A stretch of DNA of 51,460 bases, the filler included, from Porpidia crustulata (taxonomy: Eukaryota): assembly GCA_964255105.1 (NCBI GenBank). It is 2 parts of 2 records of this genome, joined end to end, with 100 filler letters (N's around TTAATTAATTAA, not from the genome) between each part and the next. Parts side by side here need not be neighbours in the genome. Positions count along the whole stretch, not along the records: positions 25,812 to 51,460 come from CAXUWE010000050.1; 1 more part is not named here. One strand, 5' to 3'. The stretch's first letter is position 1. The number at the start of each line of letters is the position of its first letter. The notes under the pieces were generated by a model that was given only the letters and a program-made list of their open reading frames with translations, was not told the origin of the DNA and made no database searches. Positions 39,560-51,460 of this stretch are shown here, one piece after another. Made by a program: the position numbers and the translations under genes.

Positions 39560-40854
39560 TACAAGTACAGCAGATGATTGGCATCAAGGCGCACGGATAA
39601 GCTTCAGCTTGCTATGTTGACTTTTGAAATGGCTCGGGCCAGGGCAGCTTCTTTGTCAACGCAGCATTTTCCAATCATCCGCTTGCGCAAGCGTATTCGT
39701 CAGCTACGAGACAGGACGTAAGATAGACGAAAGAACCCAAAACGTTGTAGAAGTAACGAGTTGTCGCGGGCGCCGAGCAGACAGATTGACTCAAAAGGCC
39801 GGAGTGGCACGGAATGGAGCCACAGCCCGCGGCGACGCTCTCAACTTGCGCAAGGCGGAGTGTCTCTTTAATTGAAAGAGTGATACCCAGTGGGACAACA
39901 ACAGAGCGAGTGAATCATAGACTAGGTTTTGGAGATAGTCGCTCGGTAGGTAAGGTGGTAAGATATAATTCAGCAGTAATTGTTAGCAGACGAACGTTGT
40001 TCTCCTCCGGATTTAAAGTATCTTAGGTGCTTGGGTAGCCGAGCGACTTGGGATTTGCCAGTGTCAATAAAAATAATACCTTAGCACGCTTGATAGTAAA
40101 CATTTGTCAGACCGGTGCCGGCAGCTACGAACGACAGACTGTGGACCCTGATATTTAACAAATGAATATGAGGTATGTAATGTTTTGATGACAGTAATTT
40201 AGAGAGGCGACTAGGTTGACGATGCCCAAGATGGCGAATCCGATGCTGTATGGAGAGTACTTCATCTGATACAAAGCATACTTTAATACAAAGCACGCAG
40301 CAACAAAGCCACTTCTACGTGTTTGATCCTTCCTTCAGCTCCGCCGTACTGATATACTATTATTACTATTTTCTCTTCAGTCTGTGAGTAAGCACATCGC
40401 ACATCCCACATCTGACGTAAGCGGGATCTCGGCACCTCCTGACTGTTGCTACTGTGCCCCTCGAAATTCGAGAAGCCACGTTGCTGGATTTGTGTGTTCC
40501 AGCATTCGTAAATGTGACCACAAGGAACACTACTCGCAGATGCACACAGCTATGCATTTCGTGTACGATTGAGGCCCTGAGTAGATGACACGTACAATGG
40601 AGCGCATCAGTGGTAATAGAAGTGTCCATGGGTAGGCTTGCAACCATTCTCGAAGCGCGATTAGGTATGGTAGGGCTGAGGCGATACCGAATGGGTACCT
40701 TATCACCTTATCTCCGGTTTTCTGAGCTAATGCCAAAGCTGCTGGTACGCGTAGTAACATGTGATCCGGCGTCCTCACACTTGGACTGACGCGTCTAATA
40801 AAGGTGCAAGCTCCCAGTATCGTACAGCGGCGGAGCGCTTCGTAGAGAACTGTC

Positions 40855-43246
40855 ATGCGCAAACCTTCAAACATTACCGATTTCTTCAAACCGTATGCAC
40901 AATCTAGTCACAAAAAGCGGACTTTACCACCCGATAATCCTCTAGAAACGGGGGCTATCAGACATGCCACTGGTGTCAAACCGCAAACTAGGGACCATGG
41001 CGATGAGCCGTCGGAGAAGAATGTCGCTATGTCTGACGAATCTTTACGGGATTTAGCGGCTGATGTTCACTCTGACGAGATCGATACTCCACCTGCCCAA
41101 CTCAGTGGTGCAACCGATGGGTCAAGAAAAGACGATGTTTTCTCATGCATGAATCATTGTGAACCTCTGAGTTCGCAACGCACTGTCCCAACAAGTCGTC
41201 AACGGATAATAAAGAACGGCAGAGTCCTGATAAGAAGTTCTGAGGATGATGCATCCGATTCAGATTCCTCTCTAGAAGATATTAATGCCCTGCTTGCGCC
41301 CAAGGAGTGCAGGGGAATTTCTCCCCCCCGATTAGAAGTAGCAGCTCCTGTACCCAATACTGACCACAATGATGGTCCCCAAAGTAGCAAAAGAAGACGA
41401 GAATATGGGCGTAAAACTATACTGGACGACACTGCTCGATTACCCTCTCATCCAATCATTCCAAAATACAAGTTCTCACTTGACTCATTGGTGAAGCAGA
41501 GCCAAATATTCGGAGAATCGGAGACCCAAGCAGCTAAGGCGCGATTGCTACTTCGATCTCTAGAGCAGCAAGGAATGATACCAAAAGAGGGAGAAACCAG
41601 GATCTCAAATGGCACTACAAATACTAATGAAGACTTGATCGCCACAGTAATGAAGCAAAATGGAGAAGAGAATGATGTTGGAAGACTGCTCGATGCAATG
41701 AAGCGAACAGAAGCATTATACTCAGAGAAGTCGTGGTCATTCCTCGTGGAGGAGGAGGATACACCGGAGTCAGAAGGGCCTAGGTTCCCACAGATTGACC
41801 GATTGACGAACGTTCTTGAAGGTAAATGCTGAAGATCAAATCGCCACAACTTGCTGATTCAGCCTAGGCACCCATTCGAGACAGCAGGCGTTTCTAAGCG
41901 GTTACATGGGACAATTAGCAGAGAAGAGAAGCCTGCCGGAAGAGGTACTCAAGTGGTTAATGGATGAAGGTATGCCTAGCATATCCACGCAAGAGCGCGA
42001 AGTAATGGAAATCCACAGTCTCTATAGAAACACGGGATGATTTAGTACAATCATATACATACACTCTTAAGGTTCGTATAAATCCTAATCGCTTCTCTTG
42101 AATCAACTAATTATTCTTTTAGAAAGCTGCTCAGCGACTCACTCCCTTGCTGACCCCGGATCGCTGTGACACTCTTTTTCGCAACGCTGGAGCGAGTATA
42201 GAGGCTCTAAGTAAACACAAACCAATCGTTCCACGGCTGGTCATACCGCCTCGTATGTGAGACTATTCTAAGAATTTGGGTTACTATTAATGCACCACAG
42301 AGAAAAAGGCGGAACGCCACTTCAGGCTGTTGTCGGTCATTCATATGCTACGAGATCTTGCCAATTTGTATGTCATCATAATGTTTTGGGATCCAACCCT
42401 GAACCGAGCTAAGAAATATTGACGTGTAGCTTCAATGGCGAGTCTCGAACGCACGTTATACACCTTCTATGCCGCATGTTATTCGACAAGTCTATCATCA
42501 GTCAAAGCCATTTCATGATGGCAATTGAGGAGTCACTAACGAGCCTTGTCAATACTATACCAGAGGCAGATCTCGGTAAAGAGGTAGGGAGATGCTTTAT
42601 CATAATTGCAGATACCCATTGACCGTCTCGTCAGCTCCATACCATATGTCAGACCATACACCCCTGTACAGAGATCACAGCTCTCCGATTGCAGTTGCTC
42701 CAGAATATGCCTCCATCAAAGCGCTTCTTTACCATTCAACGCCGACTCTCACTCGCATTCTTCTTCAGTAATACAGAATACTTGAACAAGCATCCGGAAG
42801 ATCTCTTGGACCTAGGACGAGTCGCAGCTCATCTCCAAAGACCCGAATTCACTATTAGCAACGACACAGACTATGCCGAACTTGCAGCCTCTATGGCCAT
42901 TTTGAGCATTGGGGTCGGTCTTGGGGATCCACCAACCCCAGGCTGTGATGCATCTCAAGAGGCCTTATTTAATACTGACATGGACGTGTTGTCAGAGCGG
43001 ATTAAAGCAATCTTCACACAGATCATCGACTCTGGAGCTTCGCACAGGCGAAGGACTGAAGCTAAGCAGACTTTGGAAGCCTTTCACTCGCGGCTGCTGT
43101 ACTCAGTAAGGACGAAGAGAAAGCCCAAGACAATGCTAATAGGTGATGCGAGTACTGAGGTCGGTCCGGACTCGAGGCAAGGGGCAATGCTTAGAGGCTT
43201 CCTTGATAGAGCTAAGCAGCATGAGGACATTATTGTACTGGAGTAG
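40855..43246 (+). CDS. Conserved fungal protein, possibly Smc5/6 loader Nse6/SLF2 (CANIN domain), multi-exon
   Basis: Disordered N-terminus, YKFSLDSLV, several short exons, C-terminal IIDSGASHRRRTEAK..L...RL.YSVRTK; family assignment from memory only. Confidence 0.6.
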
Positions 43247-43497
43247 GGTAAATCACCCTGTGAAATATCCAAGGATGAGGAAAGGGATGAGGAAAGGACG
43301 GTCAACTGGTTTATTGGGGACGGGATGCCCATGCAGGAGTGAAGCGAGCCTCCATCACCGCAACCCTAATCTCTGGTGCTATCAATACACGATGGGTTAT
43401 GTACAAGCTTCGCTGTAATGCCATGCAATGCACGAGGCCACCATGCTCTGCTGATCAAATAAACAATACCTAGAAATCTTATGAACAAATGGAAGGC

Positions 43498-44293
43498 TCA
43501 ATCATAGAATCTTCGGTTGTCGTTCTTGCCGAAGAGGCTTGTTCGGACCATAGGGAGCGCATCACTCTCCAGAAGCTTCAGGCGTTCGTCCAAGGTGTTA
43601 TTGATATCAATCTTTCCATTGCCTCCAACAATAGAAATACCGCCGGATCTACCATGATTAGCAAATACCGCTATGGCAACAAAGAAGAGACACCTCACAG
43701 TCCTTCCGGCAAAGGGTTCTTCTCATCTAGCTCAATGGCAACATCTTTCTTAATATTCTCCTTGTACTCCTTTTTCGCTACCTCCATCGCCTTTCTCACA
43801 ACCTCATAATCCGCTTTCCTAGCCCTCACGGCCACCTTCTCTTCATTCAAGGCGTAAAGCCCCTCCAACATCAAATTCTTACACATCTCCTGGTATTTAC
43901 TCTTGTTTTTTGTGACATCTCCCAATTTCTTGCTCGTTTTCTCAAACAAGTCGTCCAAAAGTTCCTGCCTTGCGCTAAGTACTTTTATACGTGTTTTGTT
44001 GGCGAGTGTAGAACGAGTGATTTGCTGTGACATGGAAGCCTGTTTGAATTTCTTCTCGTAATTCGTGTCAATGGAGGAGGTTTCTTGGCGAACAAGCTTG
44101 GATTTTTCTATGGCAAACTCTTCATCGGCTTTGATTTCGATCTCTTTGGCTTTCTCCAGCGCTTCTTGGCGGATGAATGCGGTCATTTTCTTCAGCTCCG
44201 CTGAGACCTAGATTGATTGATTAATCGAAGAAGCCCCCACAACCATTTTTCGGGATTTGTAGCTACCTGATCGTCCGACATAGCGCCTGACAT
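43498..44293 (-). CDS. VMA4: V-type H+-ATPase subunit E
   Basis: [44 protein letters not shown]...KIDINNTLDERLKLL...NRRFYD. Confidence 0.95.
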
Positions 44294-44789
44294 CGTAAGG
44301 TACGAGACGAAGCGTGGAGAAAAGGTGCGATAGAGTGACGGAACTAGATAGTGTAGATAAAGGACAAAAAGTAATATGCGAATAGCCAGTCAAGGCGAGG
44401 CAAGGTCGTACACTCCGAATAGCCCGAAGTCTAGTCAGTTGATCACGAAATGCATAAGTCACATTAAAAGGAGCGTCTATTGAGCGGGGACCTCTGATGT
44501 TCCTGCAGAGGGTCAAAGTGTCATTGCACCGCTCCAAGCTCCGATATATTACACTAGTGAGTATATTTGAGCCGCCGCCAGCCAAACCAACATAGATCGT
44601 GTTCGCCGCTGCACAAGAGCATCTGTTATATCCGTTCCTACGTGCCTACCTACTCGTACATTCATTATTGTAAACTACTCGCGCTATGGACCCCAAAGCA
44701 CAGCGTTGATCATAATGCTTCTCTATGATCTCTACACATTCCAATGTCAAATCCCGCTGTAGGGATCTCCATGCGCTCTTGGAGGTAGG

Positions 44790-46521
44790 ATGGGCCAGCT
44801 TGGAGATCTCTCGCCGCAAGGGAGTGTGGCTGTAAGGAGTCTTCCTCTTTCTCTCGAATTAACGTCATATTCTGACATTGAACGACAGGTTGGGGTCATC
44901 GCTGGCCTTATCTCCACAAGTGTGCAAAGCTTGGGCCTGACTCTTCAAAGGAAATCCCACATTCTGGAAGACGAAAAAGACTCCAACGATGTCCGGCGCC
45001 CACCACATAGGCGACGAAGATGGCAGGTTTGTAATAGCAAAAAAGGATCGGGAAGCAGTCGGCTAATAATTGCCACTGTAAAGATCGGCATGTTCATTTT
45101 CATCCTAAGCAATATATTCGGCAGCACCATCCAGATCACTACCCTTCCTCTGCCAGTCCTGTCAACGCTGCAAGCTGTATGATTCTTTCCAGGAAAGCCC
45201 ATTGATCGCACTGACAGGTGATATGCTAGTCTGGCCTGGTCTTCAATTCCATATGCGCCACACTTATTCTCGGAGAACCTTTCACAAGATGGTCATTCGG
45301 GGGTACAGTCTTAGTTTGTGCTGGGGCAGTCCTTATCGCCATTTTTGGAGCCATAGGAGAGCCGGCGCATAATTTAGACCAGCTCCTTGAGCTACTCGGT
45401 AGACAACAGTTTATTCTCTGGATGGCAGGCCAAGCAATCCTAGTGCTCGCCATTATCGCCAGCGCCAAAGCCCTGAAGCTCATGAATCCGCGAACAAGCA
45501 ACAGTCCCCGACTGCGCCTCTTCCGGGGCATGGCTTACGGATGTATCAGCGGCATCTTATCCGCACATTCGTTACTAGTAGCGAAGTCGGCAGTTGAATT
45601 ACTCGTGCGAACCATTAATGACAGACATAATGAGTTCAATCGCTGGCAATCCTGGATGATCCTTCTTGGGCTTATCGGCCTTGCCCTTTCCCAATTATAC
45701 TATCTCCATCGAGGATTGAAGCTTTGTTCTACTAGCATTTTATACCCTTTCGTTTTTTGTGTTTACAACATCATTGCCATACTGGATGGATTAATTTACT
45801 TTCACCAGGCTTCCCGCCTATCGCTTTCTCACGCACTCCTGGTAAGATTCCTGCATTCCAACAAGCTTAAGACTGATGCAGACCGTCTCAGATCGCATTT
45901 GGCACCCTGATCCTTCTTGCCGGTGTACTCTGTCTCTCATGGCGGCTCAATACCGACCCTACCACACGACCACCCGTGGCTCAATCTTCCCTGACACCCG
46001 GTATGGGCTTCGTAGATGATGAGAGCGACTCAGAAGCCGAGGCTCGAAATGGCCTTATCTCAGAGCCAGACATTGAAGAAGCAGATTCACACAGTAATCA
46101 GGATCTGCTCTTCTCTGTAGCCCACAGGCATAAGTGGCCTTATAAGGCTGATCTGAGAACTCCCACAACCAGAGATAACGACTTACTCGCCATCACACGC
46201 TCTAGTAGAAAAGGATTCATTGAATCCGAAGAAATTCGAGAGGAATTAGAAGACGACACGATAACAGAATTTTCCCAGTTTCATAACCGTAGACGCAGTA
46301 CCATGAGTACGCCCGCCAGGAGCACACCAAATGCGAGATTATTTGACGCGCCTAGCGAGGCAAGTCCGCTGCTCGGCAGATCGAGTACCGGCAGGAGTTA
46401 TAGGGATAAGCGAAGACGGCGGTCAGCGCCTGTGGGAGAGAGAAGGAGCAAAAGCACAGGAAGCCAAGGGGCTCTTGGAGGTTGGTGGAAGCTCGAATGG
46501 TGGAGGGAAAGGAAGAGTTGA
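44790..46521 (+). CDS. NIPA/DUF803 family membrane protein (Mg2+ transporter-like)
   Basis: QSLGLTLQRKSH, TTLPLPVLSTLQA-SGLVFNSICATLILGEPFT, LLVAKSAVELL, multiple TM segments, four introns. Confidence 0.85.
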
Positions 46522-47711
46522 GCAGAGTGACAGCCAGGGTCCAGAACAGTTGCAACATGCGTTTGATAAACGTAGAATTTGGCGTACGGAGAGCCTGGGT
46601 GACGAAGGCAAGCCATGACACAAGCGCATCCTGGACAGGCGTTTAGTATCAGAAACGTGGAGCCACACAATCTACATAAACATCTCCGGCGCCGAGTGGA
46701 CCGGTAAAACTGTATATAATTATATCAATTGCACATTGAAGAGGTTTGCGGGAAAGCTCCGAGCATGTGTGGAACAATTCAGGGCGAGTCCGTAAAGCGG
46801 TGGGATCACAGACATCGTGAACCTACAATCTCGTAACCTCGGGATTATGATACGCTTTTTGCAACCCCATTGAATCTGGGTCGCAGATGACGGCACTATA
46901 TAGATCTAGAGCGTCAATCGTTACTTGCAATTATTAGCACGCATTCTGGAGCGTGAATCCGGGGGTTCTCGTCCTTGAGATGATCTCTTGGTGCATGGTT
47001 CTTGCATCGGGACTCTGGGGACTGAATGTACCATGATGGGAAGTAGGTGCATTACTCTATCTCGTGACTAATTTTGAGAGTTGTCGTTGCGGAAAGATGT
47101 ACAGCGTCGTCGAGCAGAAGTTGAGCCAGGGAACAAGGTGGTCTTGGTGTTGATCAGCTGTATGTCCGATTGTGATTCTTGCAATTGACACTGGCGTGAC
47201 GAAATGATGTCGTTTCACGATATTCGCAGACAATGTTCTTCTCTGGCTCGCTGAGGATGGAAGGGGGCCGCCTTGAACTGAACGAACGCGTTAACGATGA
47301 GGATGGCGAGTGAGCATTTGTGCGTAGGATGATTTCATGTGCGTGTGATAGTAGACGTATAATACATATAAGCCAATGAGCAGCCCGACCACAGCAAAAG
47401 CCAAATTTTCACCGAATTCCGCTGTTCTAGATAGCCCTCTCGGGGGGTTGGGGACGCGATTTGGCTCGCTTCGAAAAGGAAAGAAGATCTCAGACAGGCA
47501 ATATAAAACGACCTCATCACGAATCCATGCCTGACATCGCCGGAACACCTACTGCATAAAGCGCACCTTCCCTTTTGCCAAAACTCGCGCCCAGGCAAAT
47601 CCATTTTTTGCATTAAGATGGGTCGGGTATCAACCACCAGACTCTCCCTCGTTGTGTATCATTGCCGTCTTAATCGTCCGTTCCTTTCGGTATTCCAGCG
47701 CTCCTGTTTAC

Positions 47712-48531
47712 TTACGCCGATGGTTGTTGCTGATGTGGCATTCTCGCTTGCGGGGGCATGGGATACTGTCCGCCGACGCCTCCCTGCTGCTGCTGCATGT
47801 ACTGCTGATAGGCCAATTGCTGTTGCTGTTCCGGGGTGATGTAGTGGGGTTGCATACCAGTACCTCGAGGCATACTGGCTTGTGGAGCAGGAATTTGCGC
47901 GTGGTTGACGTCTTCCGGCGAGTCGACGGTTGACTCGCCATCAACGCCGTTCTCATTACCAGGTGCGGGTTCGGGCGCGTTCAAACAGGCCTATTGAGAT
48001 AGATTTTAGAGGGGTGCAAATCGAGGAATCGCGCGAGCACATACTTGAATGAGGTTCTTGCCCTCTGCTTTAGTGACGAGGGGTTGGAGCTTTGGCGTTG
48101 TAAAGGTATATACCAGTCCAGTTTCGGAAACAACGAGGAGAAGGACTTGGGTGCCAGTCAGAACAGAAAGTTCGTACGCCTAAATGCGCATTAATCCATT
48201 AGCAATTATGATAAATGGAGTCACATCTTGACTGGTGGAGTGCGCAATGCGCCTGGAGTAAGTCCGAGGGGTTAGCTAAGCGTACCTTTTTCATGATGCC
48301 AGCTTTGCGCTTCGAGAATGTGATGTGTCGGCGGGACTTGTCTTGAATAAATTTAATATCTATCTTCCTCCGCTCACGACCGGGCTTGTCATCATCGTCA
48401 TCGTCGTCGTCGGCCGCGGTGCTGACACGAGGACGCTTTACTCCACGGTTGTCGGCGCCATTGCCGTTACCGGTCGCGTCGTCTTGAGCACCAGGCGACT
48501 GCTGTGCATTGGGATCAGTAATATCGGCCAT
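47712..48531 (-). CDS. MCM1: MADS-box transcription factor Mcm1
   Basis: RRKIDIKFIQDKSRRHITFSKRKAGIMKK-AYELSVLTGTQVLLLVVSETGLVYTFTTPKLQPLV; Gln-rich tail. Confidence 0.95.
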
Positions 48532-49931
48532 TACTGTAGTATAATTCGGTTCGTTGCCTGGCTGATTGGCCTTGATGATGAATTGGCCCGATGAGGAATG
48601 ATGTGATGAGATTACTGCGTTGGGTTAGAAATGAAGAAGGAAAGGCGACCGAGGACGAAAAGGGGAAAGGGAACACCAGCACTCTTCTTGTACGAGGACC
48701 CCCGTCTTTCCGAGGCCGCGGGATATTTATGTGGGCATTTACCCCTGCTATCTCACTCTGTACTATCGCGATTGGGGTAAGGCGCAGTGGAAGGCGTGAA
48801 GCCGACTCAGCACCTTCGGACCTAGGCTGACTTACGCTTGAACTCGTTTTCCCCGTGCCAACCTCGAAGTGTCTGTATGATTTACAGCTATAGCTTGTTC
48901 GGGATTCTCAGCGTCCAGATAGGATACCACCGGTCGCCTGGGCAGAAAGAGGATTGGAGGCGCGATCTCTACGACTGCAAAGAGGAATGGGGGCTTGAAG
49001 TGCTTCCGCACTAGTGGTTGGCTTACTAACGAAACTCCTGATCAAGTGGGGTCGAGAGTAAAGTACCGATCCTCCGTCATCCTCGGCTTGTATCCTAAAG
49101 TAAAATACTTATAAAAACAGGAAAGAACAGGAATACCTTAATATAGATGATCCAGCAAGCATTCTCAGTGCATAGCGTGATGGCTATAATCAGACTAGGT
49201 TCGATTCCTAATGGCGCTGGTACAATGATGTAGTGGTTTGCTTTTCTCATGGTGCTGCACCACTGGCTAGGAGAATTGTTAGGAAATGGCGTGGAGAATT
49301 GACACTAGAATGATAGGTACGGTAAAGTAAACAAGGGTGCTGTACTAGCATGACCAGGTATCTAGTGCGGTCTGTCAAGAAAATATCCTACAGTATTACA
49401 ATATCACGAGTACCAACAGCTGTTCTCGACATGATCTCCCCCCTCGTCGCAATGGACACGTTACTTGAGACCAATAGTATCGGCTAATGTATCGCATCAT
49501 TGTCCTTTGAGCCTTTCTGACGGTAAACATTCTTCGAGTTCCTTGCTAGTACTGTTCATGCCATAGATGAGAGACAAGGAGATTCTGAAACCGATCGTGT
49601 CCGAATTCTATCAACACGTCCCTCACCCACGCGACAGCTTTATGCCATGCCTCACACAAAGCATTGACACTGGCAACTGACTCGGCTTAATTTCTTCCAT
49701 CTTCTAGTTCCTGATTTCTCTACTGCAGCTCTTTTGGATGACCTGCCAGCCAAAGTCTGACAGAAGATCTTTTTTTTTCGTGATTCACTATCGCATCAGC
49801 GCAAAGGCATCAATCTTTCCCATGCTCTTCTGTCTTTTCCTAGTCTGACGCTGGCCGTCAAAAACTCCTCTCGTCCTGACTATCATTCATTGGTGTACTG
49901 GCTGCAGTTGAAGTTACAGTCCACCGCCAAG

Positions 49932-50753
49932 ATGCTGAACAGGGTCCTCCTCTGTTTCTTGATTGCCGATAGCCTTTTCACGGCCACAGGAGGACTGCTT
50001 GTGGCTTTTGTATTTATTGAAAAAGCTCACATGACGGAGGCGCCCTCCATAGCAAATGTCGCTACAAACCTTCTCCTCGACCGGACACCTCTCACAGGTA
50101 TTCCAAGCTCGTAATTTACGCTATATCATGAGAATCATATTAATCTTACCATGCGCTAGCTGCACTCATCAACGCGGGTCTCATTTTCTTTACCTTTCTC
50201 GTTTCGCTACCCGCCATCCTGCTACCCAACAGCCGCCTATGGCTGAACCTTCACAGCTGGCTGGTCTTGGGCTGTGCTATGTTGACACTTATCCTGGGAC
50301 TGGACATCTGGTTCTCAACATTACAGACACGGGCCAGCTTGGGAATCATGTGGGGGAAACAGACGGCGAACTTGCAGAGCTTGTTGCAGCAAAAGGTATT
50401 ATATCCACGATGTGATTCTATGTCAACACTGAAGTTTGCCTAGTTCGACTGCTGCGGGTATACTAGCTTGCCATTCCAGCAAGATGGAACTTGCACGAAT
50501 GTTGCTGTTGAAGGGCCGAAACCCAATTGCGTAGGGCCCTTTGGGAATTTCGCCAATGGGTTCTTGAACCTAATATTTACGGCTATGTTTGGCTTGGTTG
50601 GTAAGCAGCCACTCTTCGCTAGGACAGCTCGGACTGATTTTGATAGCTCTTAATGCAATTCTTTTCTTGTGCGCTATCATGTTGCTCAATAACCGAGCGG
50701 AGAAGGAGAGATACCGTCACATCGACGAAAAGATTGGTCCCAGTATGATTTAA
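49932..50753 (+). CDS. PLS1: Fungal tetraspanin Pls1
   Basis: Four TM segments, SLLQQK-FDCCGY in the large loop, C-terminal RAEKERYRHIDEK; three introns. Confidence 0.85.
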
Positions 50754-51460
50754 AGATGCGCTTGGTACCTGTTCCGCGTCTGTTATGTACTATCTTTTTA
50801 CCGTTGTTTTGATGAAGTATTACTCCCTCGAGCAAGGTGGTTACTACGTCACATTGTATGACCGTTGCAAACTAAATTGAGTATCGGTATCATCGAATAT
50901 GCAGACTTTGGAACTCCTACTAGACGTTCAATCGCTGTAAGATCTAGAGTGTACGCTGAGCATATCTTATCCTTCCCCAGCAAGTCTTTTCGTCCAGATT
51001 GGTCTACATGCTGAACGATTCATGACTTCTAACAGACAGCCTCTCCACCTACATTCAAGTCTTTGATTTACAATGAGCAAGATATTGATGAAACAACTCA
51101 TTTGATGGAGCCCAAAGGGCTTAGCGACCGGCTGAACATGCCTCGTTATGCGGCTTGAGTCTTCCAGCGCAGCAGTGAAAGCCTTTTCAATTCGCCTCCC
51201 AAGGGGTCAAGTGGCCGCAGAGATGAAGATATCATACATCAGCTAATTAAAGCCTTGCCGATCTACAGCGTACCTTACAGCGAGTCTTTCATGGACGATG
51301 TGAACGTCAATATCTTCGAAGGAATAGCATCGTCGCGATACTTCAATATAGGGAAGCCGGCCAAGTTCGGCATAGTTAGCAGAACACATGAACAAAGGCA
51401 CAGAGTCTGTATTCGCTGCCGCTATCTCGTACTATGCTTCATATCATTGAACAGTCCTAC

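Noticed and set aside
43361..43370. Isolated AACCCTAA
   Set aside because: Single unit without flanking arms; expected by chance
49200..49290. TTCCTAAT / TTAGGAAA as Mcm1 autoregulatory sites
   Set aside because: Only half-sites; no full CC(A/T)6GG box
51051..51460. About 135-codon plus-strand frame with one internal TGA
   Set aside because: No recognisable homology and cut by the window end

Overview
Gene-dense, intron-rich genomic DNA from a filamentous ascomycete (Pezizomycotina; species not determinable). It holds about 19 protein-coding loci: a disrupted GDE1-like phosphodiesterase, SDE2, a GMC oxidoreductase, an acid sphingomyelinase-like phosphoesterase, an enoyl-reductase-like MDR, GEP3, a Y-family DNA polymerase, GET2, RPS10, a gap-truncated M20 amidohydrolase, SEN1, a DNF1/2 flippase, a probable Nse6/CANIN protein, VMA4, a NIPA/DUF803 transporter, MCM1, the tetraspanin PLS1 and two hypotheticals. 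There are two MITEs (one with TA TSD, one CAC...GTG with 5-bp TSD) and an artificial N44-TTAATTAATTAA-N44 contig linker. The most notable unexplained signal is a dispersed family of about 60-90 nt intergenic stem-loops, with five copies at about 1, 3661, 14397, 19640 and 34008 (minus strand). Each presents a telomere-type AGGGTTAGGG(T/C)T tract inside a 14-24 bp stem. Arm sequences drift between copies while pairing is kept, almost always through G-U/G-T pairs on the TTAGGG strand. This suggests selection on a single-stranded RNA/DNA fold rather than neutral decay of a DNA palindrome. All pairings were done by eye.
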